Shown here: positions 28,833-38,788 of the stretch, one piece after another
Position numbering within the stretch: the first letter of the stretch is position 1
How the letters are laid out: every line of letters starts with the position of its first letter
NCBI GenBank assembly: GCA_965213925.1
Contig: OZ243927.1
Location: 64,001-128,000 of the forward strand
Reading direction: 5' to 3'
Origin: Trueperaceae bacterium
GTDB taxonomy: Bacteria; Deinococcota; Deinococci; Deinococcales; Trueperaceae
Length of the DNA: 64,000 nt
Position numbers and translations under genes: made by a program
Notes under the pieces: model-generated
The model's input: only the letters and a program-made list of their open reading frames with translations
Told to the model about the DNA's origin: nothing
Database searches by the model: none

Positions 28833-29412
28833 CTACTGTCGGCTCTCCTCGAACCAGACATTAAGCCGCTCACCCTCGAGCCCGTACTCCCGCATCCGGT
28901 AGTACGCGAGAAAGCGCGGCAAGACCAGGTGCCTGCGCCGCTTGCCCACGCGGATGAGGAGCGCGTCCCCCATCTGCTCCACCTCGGGGGTGTCTTCTTC
29001 GACCCGCCCCACGCCCTGCCACTTAAAGACGGTCAGCAGAAGCTCTCTGACGCTGCCGTGATGCTTTCTCATCGAGTAGTATAGCAAGTATCATTTGGTT
29101 TGAGACGCTCTCACGATGTAGAACACCGTGCAGCACGCACATTTGAGAATGATACTTGCGCTATTCCAATCAGTACTTATGTTAATTGCTATACACGTCG
29201 AGTTCTTGGGCGAAGAGGTTCGGCTGCACCTCTTCGGGCTCGGGACCGAGCGGTCTCGCTAGGGCGTCGGCTAGGCTGTGTGCGGGGTCCACGGACAAGA
29301 CGAGGGTCTTGTAGCCCTGCTGCGCGGCTCTTAGCGCGGTGGCGGCGGCAACCGTCGTCTTGCCTACGCCCCCTTTACCCGTGAAGAGGAGTAGCCGGGT
29401 GCGCTCAGCCAT
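28833..29412 (-). pseudogene. ArsA/GET3-family ATPase pseudogene (MITE insertion plus internal deletion)
   Basis: GKGGVGKTT and DPAHSL motifs. Removing the MITE restores ELDVYYSMRKH; the sequence then jumps from FKWQGVGRV to an HSP20-like C-terminus. Confidence 0.85.
29082..29191. mobile_element. 110-bp MITE (TAGC...GCTA ends) with TA target duplication, copy 1
   Basis: TA at 29080-29081 and 29192-29193; interrupts codons GTG TAC TAC; homologous to 31207-31317 and 51108-51263. Confidence 0.88.
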
Positions 29413-29543
29413 GACGAAACCTAAGCAGCCTCTGTAAAACGGGCAAGAAAGGCTCGAGTTTCGCAGAAACAGTCTGAAGTTCCCACCGCTTCACGAATAC
29501 ACTGAGCAGGTGGCTAAATGCTCTATCAGTTACAAAATAAGTG

Positions 29544-29690
29544 ATGTCATTCTGAACCCTACAGCGAGCTATAGGATAGACTCCACGAAGTGGAGTGAAA
29601 GAATCTCGTCTAGCAATCTCGCTTAGCTGAGAATGCAAAACGAGACCCTCACGCCTCCGGCTCAGGGTGACATTCGCGTTGCAAAACTTG
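29544..29690. repeat. REP-like palindromic element (GTCATTCTG...GAATCTCG...CGAGACCC...GTGAC), copy 1
   Basis: Shares ordered blocks and the trailing GTTGCAAAACT with 51293-51449. Confidence 0.75.
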
Positions 29691-29788
29691 ACCGATAGTG
29701 TACCAAACTGGTTCAAGAGATAATAACGCAACACACGACCAGTGTGGGACCAAAAGGCGGCGCTGACTGGGGACGGCTTTACACTCGT

Positions 29789-30937
29789 TTACTTTTGTGA
29801 CAGCGCCTCTAGGATCGCCTTTTCGAACGCGCGGGGGGCGGTGCCCACCGCGAACGCTTCGGCTCTCGCCGGACCGAGGCTGCTCAGCGCCTTCATCCGC
29901 TCGGGGTTACAGAGGAGCGCGTGGACGCCCTGCGCTAGCGCGTCCGGGTTGTCGCTCTCGACGAGCACGCCGTAGCGTCCTCCTTGCAAGACCTCGGCGG
30001 GACCGCTCGGGCAGTCGGTGGCGACCACGGGCGTGCCTACCGCCAACGCTTCAGCGATGACGCGGCAAAAGCCCTCGTAGCGCGAACTCGAGACGAACAG
30101 CTCCGCCCCGCGAAGCCAGGGATAGGGGTTGTCGATAAAGCCCGGCATGAGGACGTGGTCTCGGACGCCGAGCTGCGCGGCGAGTCTCTCCAGGCGCGTT
30201 CTATGCACCCCGTCTCCTAAGATGACGAGCGTGTGCCCAAAGCCCTGCTTCCTAAGCGCCGCGTACGCGCGGATCAGGAGGTCGAAGCCCTTCTGGTGGC
30301 TGAGCCGACCGGCCGCGATGATATAAGGCTGCGGCGGCAAGGTCGCGCCTCGCCGCGACGCCGCCCTGATCTGCTCGACCTCGATGAGGTTATATGCCGT
30401 CGTCGTCCGCCGCTTTAGGGCGGGCACGAGTTTCTGCAGGCTCTCCCGAACGCCGTCAGATACGGCGACCGCGCCCGTAAGGTGAGGATAGAGCCAACTG
30501 ACGAGCGTACGGTGAGCGCTCGGCATCTGCCCCAAGTGGTCGGGGAGCGAGTTCTGAATCAGACCTAAGACGGGCTTGCGGGCGAGTTTCGCCGCGAGGA
30601 TCGCGAAGTACGTCGAGGACGCCTCTTGCGCGCCGACGACGACGTCCGCTCGCCGCGTCGCTCTAAAGAGTTGACGCAACCATAAGGGCGAGTAGTGCGG
30701 CCACGTGCGGTAAGGTGCTAAGCCGTGAACCACCCTAACGCCGTCTAGGAGAGGCTGCCAGTAACCCGGCTCGTTAGGGTGTTCTGCCAGAAATAAGACG
30801 GGCTCGAAGCGCTCTTTCTCGAGGTGCCTCATGATGCTGAGTACGCTCAGCACCGCGCCATTCTTGTTGAGCTTGGTCAGCACAAAAAGAACGCGCACCT
30901 TCCTTGCGGGCGCTGACGGGGGTAAGGTCTCGAGCAC
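29789..30937 (-). CDS. Glycosyltransferase family 4
   Basis: GRLSHQKGFD, SSRYEGF...EALAVGTPVVATDCPSGP. Confidence 0.92.
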   Translation of the reverse strand: MLETLPPSAPARKVRVLFVLTKLNKNGAVLSVLSIMRHLEKERFEPVLFLAEHPNEPGYWQPLLDGVRVVHGLAPYRTWPHYSPLWLRQLFRATRRADVVVGAQEASSTYFAILAAKLARKPVLGLIQNSLPDHLGQMPSAHRTLVSWLYPHLTGAVAVSDGVRESLQKLVPALKRRTTTAYNLIEVEQIRAASRRGATLPPQPYIIAAGRLSHQKGFDLLIRAYAALRKQGFGHTLVILGDGVHRTRLERLAAQLGVRDHVLMPGFIDNPYPWLRGAELFVSSSRYEGFCRVIAEALAVGTPVVATDCPSGPAEVLQGGRYGVLVESDNPDALAQGVHALLCNPERMKALSSLGPARAEAFAVGTAPRAFEKAILEALSQK

Positions 30938-31206
30938 GCGGTTAGCTGCGCCGTGACCCGGCGGTAGGATGAATAAAAATCAGCTCAGTCACAATTGGAT
31001 AGGTCATTTAGATAGGCCATTTGAAGAGGTCGTTAAAGTAATCGCGCCACAACACGCTGAAGCGTTGCGCGACGACTTGCGGGTAGGCTAGCAGAGCGAA
31101 TCGTTGGAAGGGTGAGCGGAAGAGGTTCCCGCGCACGTACCGTTCAAACGCGAGTATACCAGTGAAAGATACCTGCTAGAGGTGCATATGCCCTCTCTTC
31201 TATCTC

Positions 31207-31317
31207 TAGCAGGTATCATCTGGTCAGAGACACTCTCACTTTGTAAAATGATGTCTAACACGCACTTTAAGGGATGATGCCTGCGCTCAACTGTCTCAGT
31301 ATGTCATGGGACTGCTA
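31207..31317 (+). mobile_element. 111-bp MITE, copy 2
   Basis: TAGCAGGTATCATCTGG...GACTGCTA aligns end to end with copy 1; an orphan end GATACCTGCTA lies at 31168-31179. Confidence 0.8.
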
Positions 31318-31411
31318 TCTACACGCTAACCCATCCCTTTTCGGTACGTCAGCCCGCTCATGGTAGCCCTCTGCGCGTTTTAGCGTGCAGGACGCGGTAT
31401 AATCTTCCTTT

Positions 31412-33736
31412 GTGAATGTGAGCGCTGCAACTCTCCAAAAGCTTGACTTTCCTCGCGTGCGAAGGGCGCTAGCGGACCGCGCTGCGTCGTCTCTGGGTGT
31501 GGAGCGGGCGCTCAGGCTCGAGCCAACTTTAGACCGCGCCGACACCGAACGCGCCTGGGCGCGGCTCGGCGAAGCGGTCAGCGGCACCGACCTCTCGCTG
31601 GGCGGCGTCCACGACGTGCGTCCACTGACCGATAAGGTCAAAGACGGGCGCGTCTTAGAAGGCTTGGAGATTTTAGAGATCGCCTATACGATGGACGCCG
31701 CCGGCACCATCAAGCGCGCGATTCTCACCTCGGAGCGTCCGGCGCTCTCCGAACTCGCTGAAGGGCTCGGCTCCTTCGACGGCGCACTCAGACTTGTGCG
31801 CGAACAGCTCGACACCGACGGCAGCGTCCGCGACGACGCTACACCCAAACTCCGCGACATCCGCCGCCGCTTGAATCCGCTGCGAGGGCGCATCCGCAGC
31901 AAGCTCCAAGAGCTTTTGCAGCGCTACGCCGACAGCGTGCAAGACGCGATCATCACCCTGCGCCGCGACCGCTACGTGATTCCGGTTAAGGCGAGCGCGC
32001 AGTCCAAAGTTCCTGGTATCGCCCTAGATTCCTCCGATTCGGGCGCGACGGTCTTCATGGAACCCCAAAGCGTCGTGCCGATGAACAACGAGTTGGCGCT
32101 TTTAGAGTTCGAAGAGCGCGACGAGGTGCGGCGGATTCTGCTCTCCTTGGGTCAGCGCCTAGCGTATGAGCCCGGCTTAGAGGAGAGCCTGGAGATTTTA
32201 GGCGAACTCGACCTCGTCGCGGCGAGCGCGCGGCTGGCGAAAGATTGGCGTCTGGCGCAGCCTTCGTTCAGCGAGGACGGCGCGATCAGTTTAGAAGATG
32301 CGCGCCATCCGCTCATCGAAAACTGCGTGCCGAATTCCATCGCTTTGGACGCCGAACGCCGTTTACTCATCGTCACCGGACCGAACGCAGGCGGCAAGAC
32401 GGTGCTCCTCAAGACATTAGGGCTCGCCGCTGTCATGGCGCATAGCGGGCTCTTCGTCGCCGCAAAAAATACGGTGAAACCGAGCCTACCCCCTTTCGAG
32501 GCGCTTTTAACCGACATCGGCGACGAGCAGAGCATCGAAGCGAGCTTGTCCACGTACGCGGGGCACCTCAAAAACTTGAAAGCGATTGTGGAGCGTGCTG
32601 ACGACGGTATTCTCGTGCTGATCGACGAACTCGGTTCAGGTACGGACCCCGACGAGGGCGCGGCGCTGTCGCAAGCGGTGCTGGAAAAGGTCTTAGCGAG
32701 CGGCGCGCGCGGGCTCATCAACACGCACCTCGCGCCCCTCAAAGTCTTCGCGTCGGAGACCAAAGGCGTGCAGAACGCCGCCATGAGCTTCGACGTGGAC
32801 GCGCTCCGCCCCAAGTTCGAACTCGTCATCGGACAGCCGGGGCGCTCTTACGCGCTCTCCATCGCCGAGCGGTTGGGCTTGCCGAACGAGATTTTAGGGC
32901 GCGCAAGCGAGATTTTAGGACCGGAGGGGGCGGCGCTGGAGTCCCTATTGCAAACGTTAGAGAATCAGCGGGAGAGGCTCGAGCTAGACCAGTTAGAACT
33001 CCAAGAGGTCCGCGAAAGAGCCGTGCGTGAAGCGGAGGTGCTGCGCTCGCACATCGACAATTTACGCGCCAAAGAGGACCGGGTCTTAGCCGCCGCCGCC
33101 GAACGCGCCGACGAAATGTTGCAAAATACGCTGCAGCAGGCCAAAGAACTCAAGCGCACCGCTACGACGGACAAAGAGGCGCGTTCACAAGCGTTGGATG
33201 AGCTGCAAAAACTCCGCCGCAACGCGCAGAAAACGGTTCAGAAGAGCCCGCAGCCTGGGACGCGCACTCAGTCTAAGCCGCAACCCAAACGCCCTAGCTT
33301 AGAACCCGGCGCAGTCGTCCACGTCGAGGAATATGGCGCGAAGGGTCCCATCGCCGAAGTGCGCGGCGACGAGGTGGTGGTGCAACTCGGGCTTCTCAAG
33401 GTGACGGTGCCCAAGCGCGGCGTCAAACTCGCGGAGCAGCCTAAGCCGAAAGTCAAAGGGGCGTCCGGCGCGTTCGCCGCTCCCGCCCGCTTCGAAGAGG
33501 AACTCAACATTCGCGGGGAGCGGGTGGAGCCGGGGTTGGAGAAGGTGCGCGACTTCGTCCTAGAGGCGCACTCGCTCAAGGTGCCCTCGGTGCGGATTTT
33601 GCACGGCAAAGGGACGGGCACGCTCCGCGACGCGGTCCGCAGTTACCTCAAGGATGAGAAGAAGGTCGAGCGTTACGAGGACGCCGTGCCATACGAGGGT
33701 GGTCACGGGGTGACGGTAGCGTATTTGCGGCGGTGA
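31412..33736 (+). CDS. mutS2: Endonuclease MutS2
   Basis: TGPNAGGKT, DIGDEQSIEASLSTY, DELGSGTDP; C-terminal Smr domain HGKGTG. Confidence 0.97.
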   Translation: MNVSAATLQKLDFPRVRRALADRAASSLGVERALRLEPTLDRADTERAWARLGEAVSGTDLSLGGVHDVRPLTDKVKDGRVLEGLEILEIAYTMDAAGTIKRAILTSERPALSELAEGLGSFDGALRLVREQLDTDGSVRDDATPKLRDIRRRLNPLRGRIRSKLQELLQRYADSVQDAIITLRRDRYVIPVKASAQSKVPGIALDSSDSGATVFMEPQSVVPMNNELALLEFEERDEVRRILLSLGQRLAYEPGLEESLEILGELDLVAASARLAKDWRLAQPSFSEDGAISLEDARHPLIENCVPNSIALDAERRLLIVTGPNAGGKTVLLKTLGLAAVMAHSGLFVAAKNTVKPSLPPFEALLTDIGDEQSIEASLSTYAGHLKNLKAIVERADDGILVLIDELGSGTDPDEGAALSQAVLEKVLASGARGLINTHLAPLKVFASETKGVQNAAMSFDVDALRPKFELVIGQPGRSYALSIAERLGLPNEILGRASEILGPEGAALESLLQTLENQRERLELDQLELQEVRERAVREAEVLRSHIDNLRAKEDRVLAAAAERADEMLQNTLQQAKELKRTATTDKEARSQALDELQKLRRNAQKTVQKSPQPGTRTQSKPQPKRPSLEPGAVVHVEEYGAKGPIAEVRGDEVVVQLGLLKVTVPKRGVKLAEQPKPKVKGASGAFAAPARFEEELNIRGERVEPGLEKVRDFVLEAHSLKVPSVRILHGKGTGTLRDAVRSYLKDEKKVERYEDAVPYEGGHGVTVAYLRR

Positions 33737-33749
33737 GGTGGAGAGTTAG

Positions 33750-33769
33750 CAAGGGGTTGTAACCCCTTG
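33750..33769. terminator. Hairpin after mutS2 (terminator or short REP)
   Basis: CAAGGGGTT-GT-AACCCCTTG. Confidence 0.55.
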
Positions 33770-33915
33770 TTCTCAGTAGGCTGTCAACAGGGATAGAGAT
33801 TGAGCAACGAGGGGTGGGTAATCCCTACGGGGCTTTAGGTAGCGACTGAGATAATCGATAAACGTGACTTTAGGGGAAGCTCGAGCCAACCCCTCATTCG
33901 CGCTATGATGAACAC

Positions 33916-34530
33916 GTGACGACCAAAGCGACCTCTCGCCGTACCCAAATCCTCAGCGCCGCCCGCAGTATCCTCGCCGAAAAGGGCTTTGAAGCCACCA
34001 CCGTCTCTGAGATCGTAGCGAGCGCGGGCGTCGCGCAAGGCACCTTTTACCTCTACTTCCCCTCGAAAGTTTCGCTCGTCGAAGCCCTCTGCGAAGAGAT
34101 GTTCGCGCAGATTTTGGAGGCGGTTCACGCTGCGATCACCTCGGCGGAGAGTTTCGCGGCGGGGTTGGGGGCGGGCGTCCAGGCTGTTTTCGAGGAGAGT
34201 CAGAACTACCAGGACGTGCTCGAAATCATCAACGCGCGGCTCGGCTTTTTGAGCACACCGAGCGAGTTAGCGAAGCTAGACGAGCCCTATTACCAACTCG
34301 TCAAAGCGTTTATTGAGCAAGGGCAAACCTCCGGTGAGGTCCGCGTAGACGCCGACCCCGACCTCTCGGCGCGGCTTGTAGTCGGCATGATCGAACGCGC
34401 CACCGAAGACTGCTTTCTCTACCGGCCGGAGTTACCAAGTGAACCTTACATCAAAGAGGTAACGCGCTTTATTCTGCGGGCGCTGGAGCCGCCAAGAAGT
34501 GAGGAGCAAGAAGTGAGGAGCAAGAAGTAA
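33916..34530 (+). CDS. TetR-family regulator
   Basis: GFEATTVSEIVASAGVAQGTFYLYFPSK; 3' end formed by a 14-bp tandem repeat AAGAAGTGAGGAGC. Confidence 0.94.
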   Translation: MTTKATSRRTQILSAARSILAEKGFEATTVSEIVASAGVAQGTFYLYFPSKVSLVEALCEEMFAQILEAVHAAITSAESFAAGLGAGVQAVFEESQNYQDVLEIINARLGFLSTPSELAKLDEPYYQLVKAFIEQGQTSGEVRVDADPDLSARLVVGMIERATEDCFLYRPELPSEPYIKEVTRFILRALEPPRSEEQEVRSKK

Positions 34531-34632
34531 GGAGGCTCAACCGAAACGCACGGGCGCTCTACAGGTGCTTTCCCGAATCAGCGTTTGTACGTTCTCAAGC
34601 TCACATTACTGACCTCGGCAGCCCAACCATAC

Positions 34633-34689
34633 TTGACAAAAAGTGTACGAACGTCTATCTTATCCTTATACATGACTGACAGTCAGTCA
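34633..34689 (+). promoter_or_regulatory. P450 promoter with TetR-type operator
   Basis: TTGACA-N17-TATCTT followed by perfect palindrome TGACTGAC-A-GTCAGTCA (34673-34689). Confidence 0.75.
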
Positions 34690-34714
34690 GTTCTTCTACT
34701 ACAACAAAGGAGAG

Positions 34715-36121
34715 ATGATGACGACGCGCCAACATCCGCCCGTCCCTAGAGGAACCCCTTTCGTCGGCTTCCTCAACGAGTACCGTAAGGATACGCTCGG
34801 CTTTTTGGAGAGCATGGTGCAAGCGCACGGCGACGTGGTGCACCTGCGCGTCTTGGACTACGACTTCTACCTCGTAGCGCACCCCAAGCTCATCGAAGAG
34901 GTCTTGGTCACGAAGTCAACATCGTTCATCAAGAGCAAGGACTACCGTAGCGAGTTGGGGTTTCTGGGCAACGGGCTCATCAATAGCGAGGGCAGCTTCT
35001 GGCTGCGGCAGCGGCGGCTCGCGCAGCCCGCCTTTCACCGCAAGCGCATTTCGTCGTACGGCGAGACGATGGTGGACTACGCCGAGCGGCTCCTGAGCGC
35101 TTGGCAGGTGTCCGCGGAGCGCGGCGCGGTGCGCGACGTGAACGAGGACATGGTGAAGCTCACGCTGGAAATCGTCGCCAAAACCCTCTTTCACGTGGAC
35201 ATCGCGGACGGCGCGCACGAGATAAGTGACGCGCTCGACGTTTTTATGCACAACACCCGCACCGACAAACCGCTCTGGCAGATGCTCATCCCCAAAGGCG
35301 TCCCGACGCCCGCCAACATGCGCTTTAAGCGGGCGAACGAGGAGATGGATAGGCTCGTCTACGACCTTATTGGAGAGCGGCGGCGCGAGTACGAGGCGGG
35401 CGGGCCGGAGGGCAGTGGCGACAAGGGCGACTTGATGTCGATGCTGCTGGAAACCGAGGACGCGGACACGGGCGAAAGGATGACCGACAAGCAGCTCCGC
35501 GACGAACTCCTGACCATCCTCATGGCGGGTCACGAAACGACGGCGAACGCGCTCTCTTGGACGTGGGTTTTGTTAGCGCAACATAGTCAAGTAGAGGCGA
35601 AGCTGCACGCGGAGCTTGACGAAGTCTTAGGTGGACGCGCGCCGACCCTTCAAGACTTGCCGCGCCTGCGCTACACCGAACAGGTCATCAAAGAGTCCAT
35701 GCGCGTCTATCCGCCTGTATGGGGCGTCGGGCGTGAGGCGACAGAGAACTGCGACATCGGCGGCTACGCGGTACCTAAAGGAATGCAACTCTCCCTCCCG
35801 CAGTGGCTCGTTCACCGCGACGAACGCTTCTTCGAGGACGCCAAGACGTTTAGGCCCGAACGCTGGGTAGAGAGCTTCGAGAAAAGCTTGCCCAAATACG
35901 CCTATTTTCCGTTCGGCGGCGGACCTAGGCTCTGCATCGGCAACAACTTCGCCATGATGGAAGCCGTTTTGCTGCTCGCTACCTTGGCGCAGGGGTACAG
36001 CCTCCAACTGACCCACCCCGAAGAGGTCATCCCCCAACCCGCCATCACGCTGAGACCTAAAAACGGCGTCAAGGTGAGGCTCAAAGCGAGGGTTCCTGCA
36101 AAAGTAGAGGTGCCCGCGTGA
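34715..36121 (+). CDS. Cytochrome P450
   Basis: AGHETT, ESMR, FRPERW, heme motif FGGGPRLCIG. Confidence 0.97.
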   Translation: MMTTRQHPPVPRGTPFVGFLNEYRKDTLGFLESMVQAHGDVVHLRVLDYDFYLVAHPKLIEEVLVTKSTSFIKSKDYRSELGFLGNGLINSEGSFWLRQRRLAQPAFHRKRISSYGETMVDYAERLLSAWQVSAERGAVRDVNEDMVKLTLEIVAKTLFHVDIADGAHEISDALDVFMHNTRTDKPLWQMLIPKGVPTPANMRFKRANEEMDRLVYDLIGERRREYEAGGPEGSGDKGDLMSMLLETEDADTGERMTDKQLRDELLTILMAGHETTANALSWTWVLLAQHSQVEAKLHAELDEVLGGRAPTLQDLPRLRYTEQVIKESMRVYPPVWGVGREATENCDIGGYAVPKGMQLSLPQWLVHRDERFFEDAKTFRPERWVESFEKSLPKYAYFPFGGGPRLCIGNNFAMMEAVLLLATLAQGYSLQLTHPEEVIPQPAITLRPKNGVKVRLKARVPAKVEVPA

Positions 36122-36870
36122 ACCCCTGGCTTATCCTCACGCTCGCTATCGTAGGCGAACTCGTCGGCACCACGGCGCTCAAGCTCTCGGCGGGCTTTAC
36201 CCGCTTTTTGCCGAGCTTGTTTGTTGTCGCGGGATACGGCGCGGCTATCTGGCTGTTGTCACAGAGTATTCAGCGTATCCCGATAGGCGTCTCTTACGCA
36301 GTTTGGTCGGGCGCAGGCGTGGCAGCGGCGGCGCTTATCGGCGTCTTCTTCTTCCGCGAATCTTTGGGTTGGTTTCAAGGGGTATCTATTGGGCTCATTA
36401 TCGTAGGCGTGGTGGGGTCAACCTCTCGAGCCAACCTCACTAAAATGCTTCTCACTGAAGTCAACCTCGTCCGCTCACTCAAGCCCTTCTTCTTGGTTGT
36501 TGACTTAGGCTTCATCCTCTACTGGACGGTGACGCTGCTACACCTCATTCCCGAAGCGTATCTTTTCAAGGACTATGACGATCCCATCTTAGCGGCGTGG
36601 AACTGGTCGTTTTTACCCTTGGATTTGCTGATTTCTGCGACAGGACTAACGAGCTTAGCTCTTCTGAGGAGGGAGAACCGCATGTGGCGGAGCCTCGCGC
36701 TCATCTCGCTCGTCCTGACCTCTTGCTCCGGTTTGCAAGCCCTCGCCTTTTGGACACTCCGCGCGGACTTTGACCTTGTATGGTGGCTGCCAAACGCTTT
36801 TCTACTACTCTACCCGCTCTTCTTCATCCCTGCGCTGCTCAGACCGACCCCTCCAGCCACTTCTCCTTGA
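36118..36870 (+). CDS. SMR/DMT efflux protein fused by frameshift to a YvaD-like membrane protein (own ATG at 36445)
   Basis: SMR: ELVGTTALK, YAVWSG; downstream AWNWSFLPLDL. The expected SMR ending LNLSSQPH* lies in the -1 frame (TAA at 36441). Confidence 0.8.
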   Translation: MNPWLILTLAIVGELVGTTALKLSAGFTRFLPSLFVVAGYGAAIWLLSQSIQRIPIGVSYAVWSGAGVAAAALIGVFFFRESLGWFQGVSIGLIIVGVVGSTSRANLTKMLLTEVNLVRSLKPFFLVVDLGFILYWTVTLLHLIPEAYLFKDYDDPILAAWNWSFLPLDLLISATGLTSLALLRRENRMWRSLALISLVLTSCSGLQALAFWTLRADFDLVWWLPNAFLLLYPLFFIPALLRPTPPATSP

Positions 36871-38257
36871 GCACCCTAAAGTCGTCCCAGCGCATCAGCA
36901 AGGAGGGCGCGGGCACACCCAAAAAGAGCGGAAACGACGCCAGCGCGAACGCGAGGCGCAGCACCGCGCTCATCAGGAGTGCGACGCCCGCGCCGCTGAG
37001 CCCAAGGAGCGGCACGAGAAGAAGCAAAAGCGGCACGCTCGCGGCGACGCCGACACTCTGTAGCAAGGTGGCGACGCCCGGTCTATCGGTCGCCATCAGC
37101 GCTTGAATCAGCACGACGATGACGCCGTTGATGACCGTCTCGGCGATGAGGAGGCGCATTAGGGTTGCGCCTTCGCTGAATTCGGCGCTGTAGAGCAGCG
37201 TGAGGGCGAAGGGTCCCAACGCACCTAGCGTCAACGCTGCCACACACGTTACGGCGGTGCTCACGCGCACCGCTCGCCCTGTCATCTCCATGACCGTCCC
37301 CAAGGGTTGCCCCGACGCCCTCGGAAAGAGCACCGTGACGACCGCAAACTGAAAGACGTTGAGCATCCGCGCCAGGCTAAGCGACACGACGAAGAGCCCC
37401 ATGTTGCTGGGTGTGAGCATCCCGACCACCAAAGCGCGTCCGAGATTTTCGGACAGCGCCGCCGTGAGTTCGTTGCCGTAAGAGCGCAGCCCGTAGGAGA
37501 AGAGCTGCGCGAAGGGGCGGCGCAGTGAGCGCCAACTCGGGAAGCGCGCGGGGCGGTAGGCGCGCCAGAGGAAGCTCGAGAGAAACGCCGTAATGGGCAG
37601 CGTGGGCGCGATGTACGCGAGCACGGCTAAAGCGGGTGTTAAGGTGCCGAGCAGCGCTAAGGTAACGAGCAACATCAGCGCTGCGACCGGTCGGATGATT
37701 CTCACCTTGTTAAAGAGCCTGAATTCATCCCTAGCCAGAAGTGCGGCGACGCACAACTCTTCGGTCAAGATAATCGGGGTGAAGAGCATAAAGACCTGTG
37801 CGAGCCGGACGATGTCGACGTCATATTCTGTAAGCCAATAAGGGAGAAAGCTAATCCCTGCGAGCGTCGCCAAAAGACCCGCGGCAGGCGCGGCTAAAAA
37901 ACCCGCGCTGACGAGCGAGCGAGCCGCACCGGGGTCGCGCCGCAGATGAAACACGAACGCCGAGGGCAGCCCAAGCGTAAACGCGCGCGCTAAAAATACG
38001 GGCCACAGCATGAGCGCCTCCTGCTCACCCCGACCTACTGGGCCCAACACCCTAGCGGTGATAACACCCGTCAACACGTTGATGAACAAAACGGCCAGAT
38101 TGACGCCGAACGTCTGCACGGAGACCGAAAACCCACTTGAATCAGCGCGGCTTAAGCGACCTACAAACCTCTTCAAGCTGGTCATGAATAGCCTGCTAGC
38201 GTGGCGCGCATAAAGCCCTCTTCTCAACCGGCTCGGTTGCCGTGGTGCTGAACTCAT
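36839..38257 (-). CDS. Oligosaccharide flippase / polysaccharide export protein
   Basis: Multi-TM; ITARVLGPVGRG, VLFPRAS, LLYSAEF, GLSGAGVA. Confidence 0.85.
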   Translation of the reverse strand: MSSAPRQPSRLRRGLYARHASRLFMTSLKRFVGRLSRADSSGFSVSVQTFGVNLAVLFINVLTGVITARVLGPVGRGEQEALMLWPVFLARAFTLGLPSAFVFHLRRDPGAARSLVSAGFLAAPAAGLLATLAGISFLPYWLTEYDVDIVRLAQVFMLFTPIILTEELCVAALLARDEFRLFNKVRIIRPVAALMLLVTLALLGTLTPALAVLAYIAPTLPITAFLSSFLWRAYRPARFPSWRSLRRPFAQLFSYGLRSYGNELTAALSENLGRALVVGMLTPSNMGLFVVSLSLARMLNVFQFAVVTVLFPRASGQPLGTVMEMTGRAVRVSTAVTCVAALTLGALGPFALTLLYSAEFSEGATLMRLLIAETVINGVIVVLIQALMATDRPGVATLLQSVGVAASVPLLLLLVPLLGLSGAGVALLMSAVLRLAFALASFPLFLGVPAPSLLMRWDDFRVLKEKWLEGSV

Positions 38258-38425
38258 ACCACAAAGCTGAGTTCACAGCATCTAAGCCGACGCTATTCAA
38301 GGGCGAACGGAGACGATGAGGTCGCAACCAAGCGCTCTACCCTTTGTGCGTAAGGATAACAAAATCATAGGGCAACCTATTTGCAGGGATAGTTGAAAGG
38401 GAACTGCGGCAGTTTTAGCGCGACG

Positions 38426-38788
38426 CTACAGCAGTTCTGGGCGCTCTGACCTCTTGAGACCCTTCACAACCAAGCTGTAAGAGAAGTCGATGAGCTCCAA
38501 CACTTTGTGCTCGGGTACGCTGCCGTTTAGCACGACCGTATTCCAATGACGCTTGTTCATGTGATAGCCAGGGGTAATGGCGTCGTACTTTTCGCGCAGC
38601 AGCTCGGCAAGCTCCGGCTCGCACTTTAAGTTGACGGACAAGGGGTCATCGTCCACCCTACTTTTCGCTGGGCAGAGGGCGAACATCTTACCCGCGACCT
38701 TGAAAACGAGCGTATCGGGACCGAAGGGGAAGTCTTCATATGCGCCCGGTTTGGAGAGACAAACGGCGCGCAAGTCTTTTAGGGTCAT
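38426..38788 (-). CDS. MmcQ/YjbR-family protein
   Basis: FPFG...VFKVAGKMFA, NLKCEP, PGYHMNKRHWN. Confidence 0.93.
   Translation of the reverse strand: MTLKDLRAVCLSKPGAYEDFPFGPDTLVFKVAGKMFALCPAKSRVDDDPLSVNLKCEPELAELLREKYDAITPGYHMNKRHWNTVVLNGSVPEHKVLELIDFSYSLVVKGLKRSERPELL

Noticed and set aside
29405..29734. 109-aa minus-strand ORF upstream of arsA
   Set aside because: Translates REP-like palindromic DNA; no RBS or family motif
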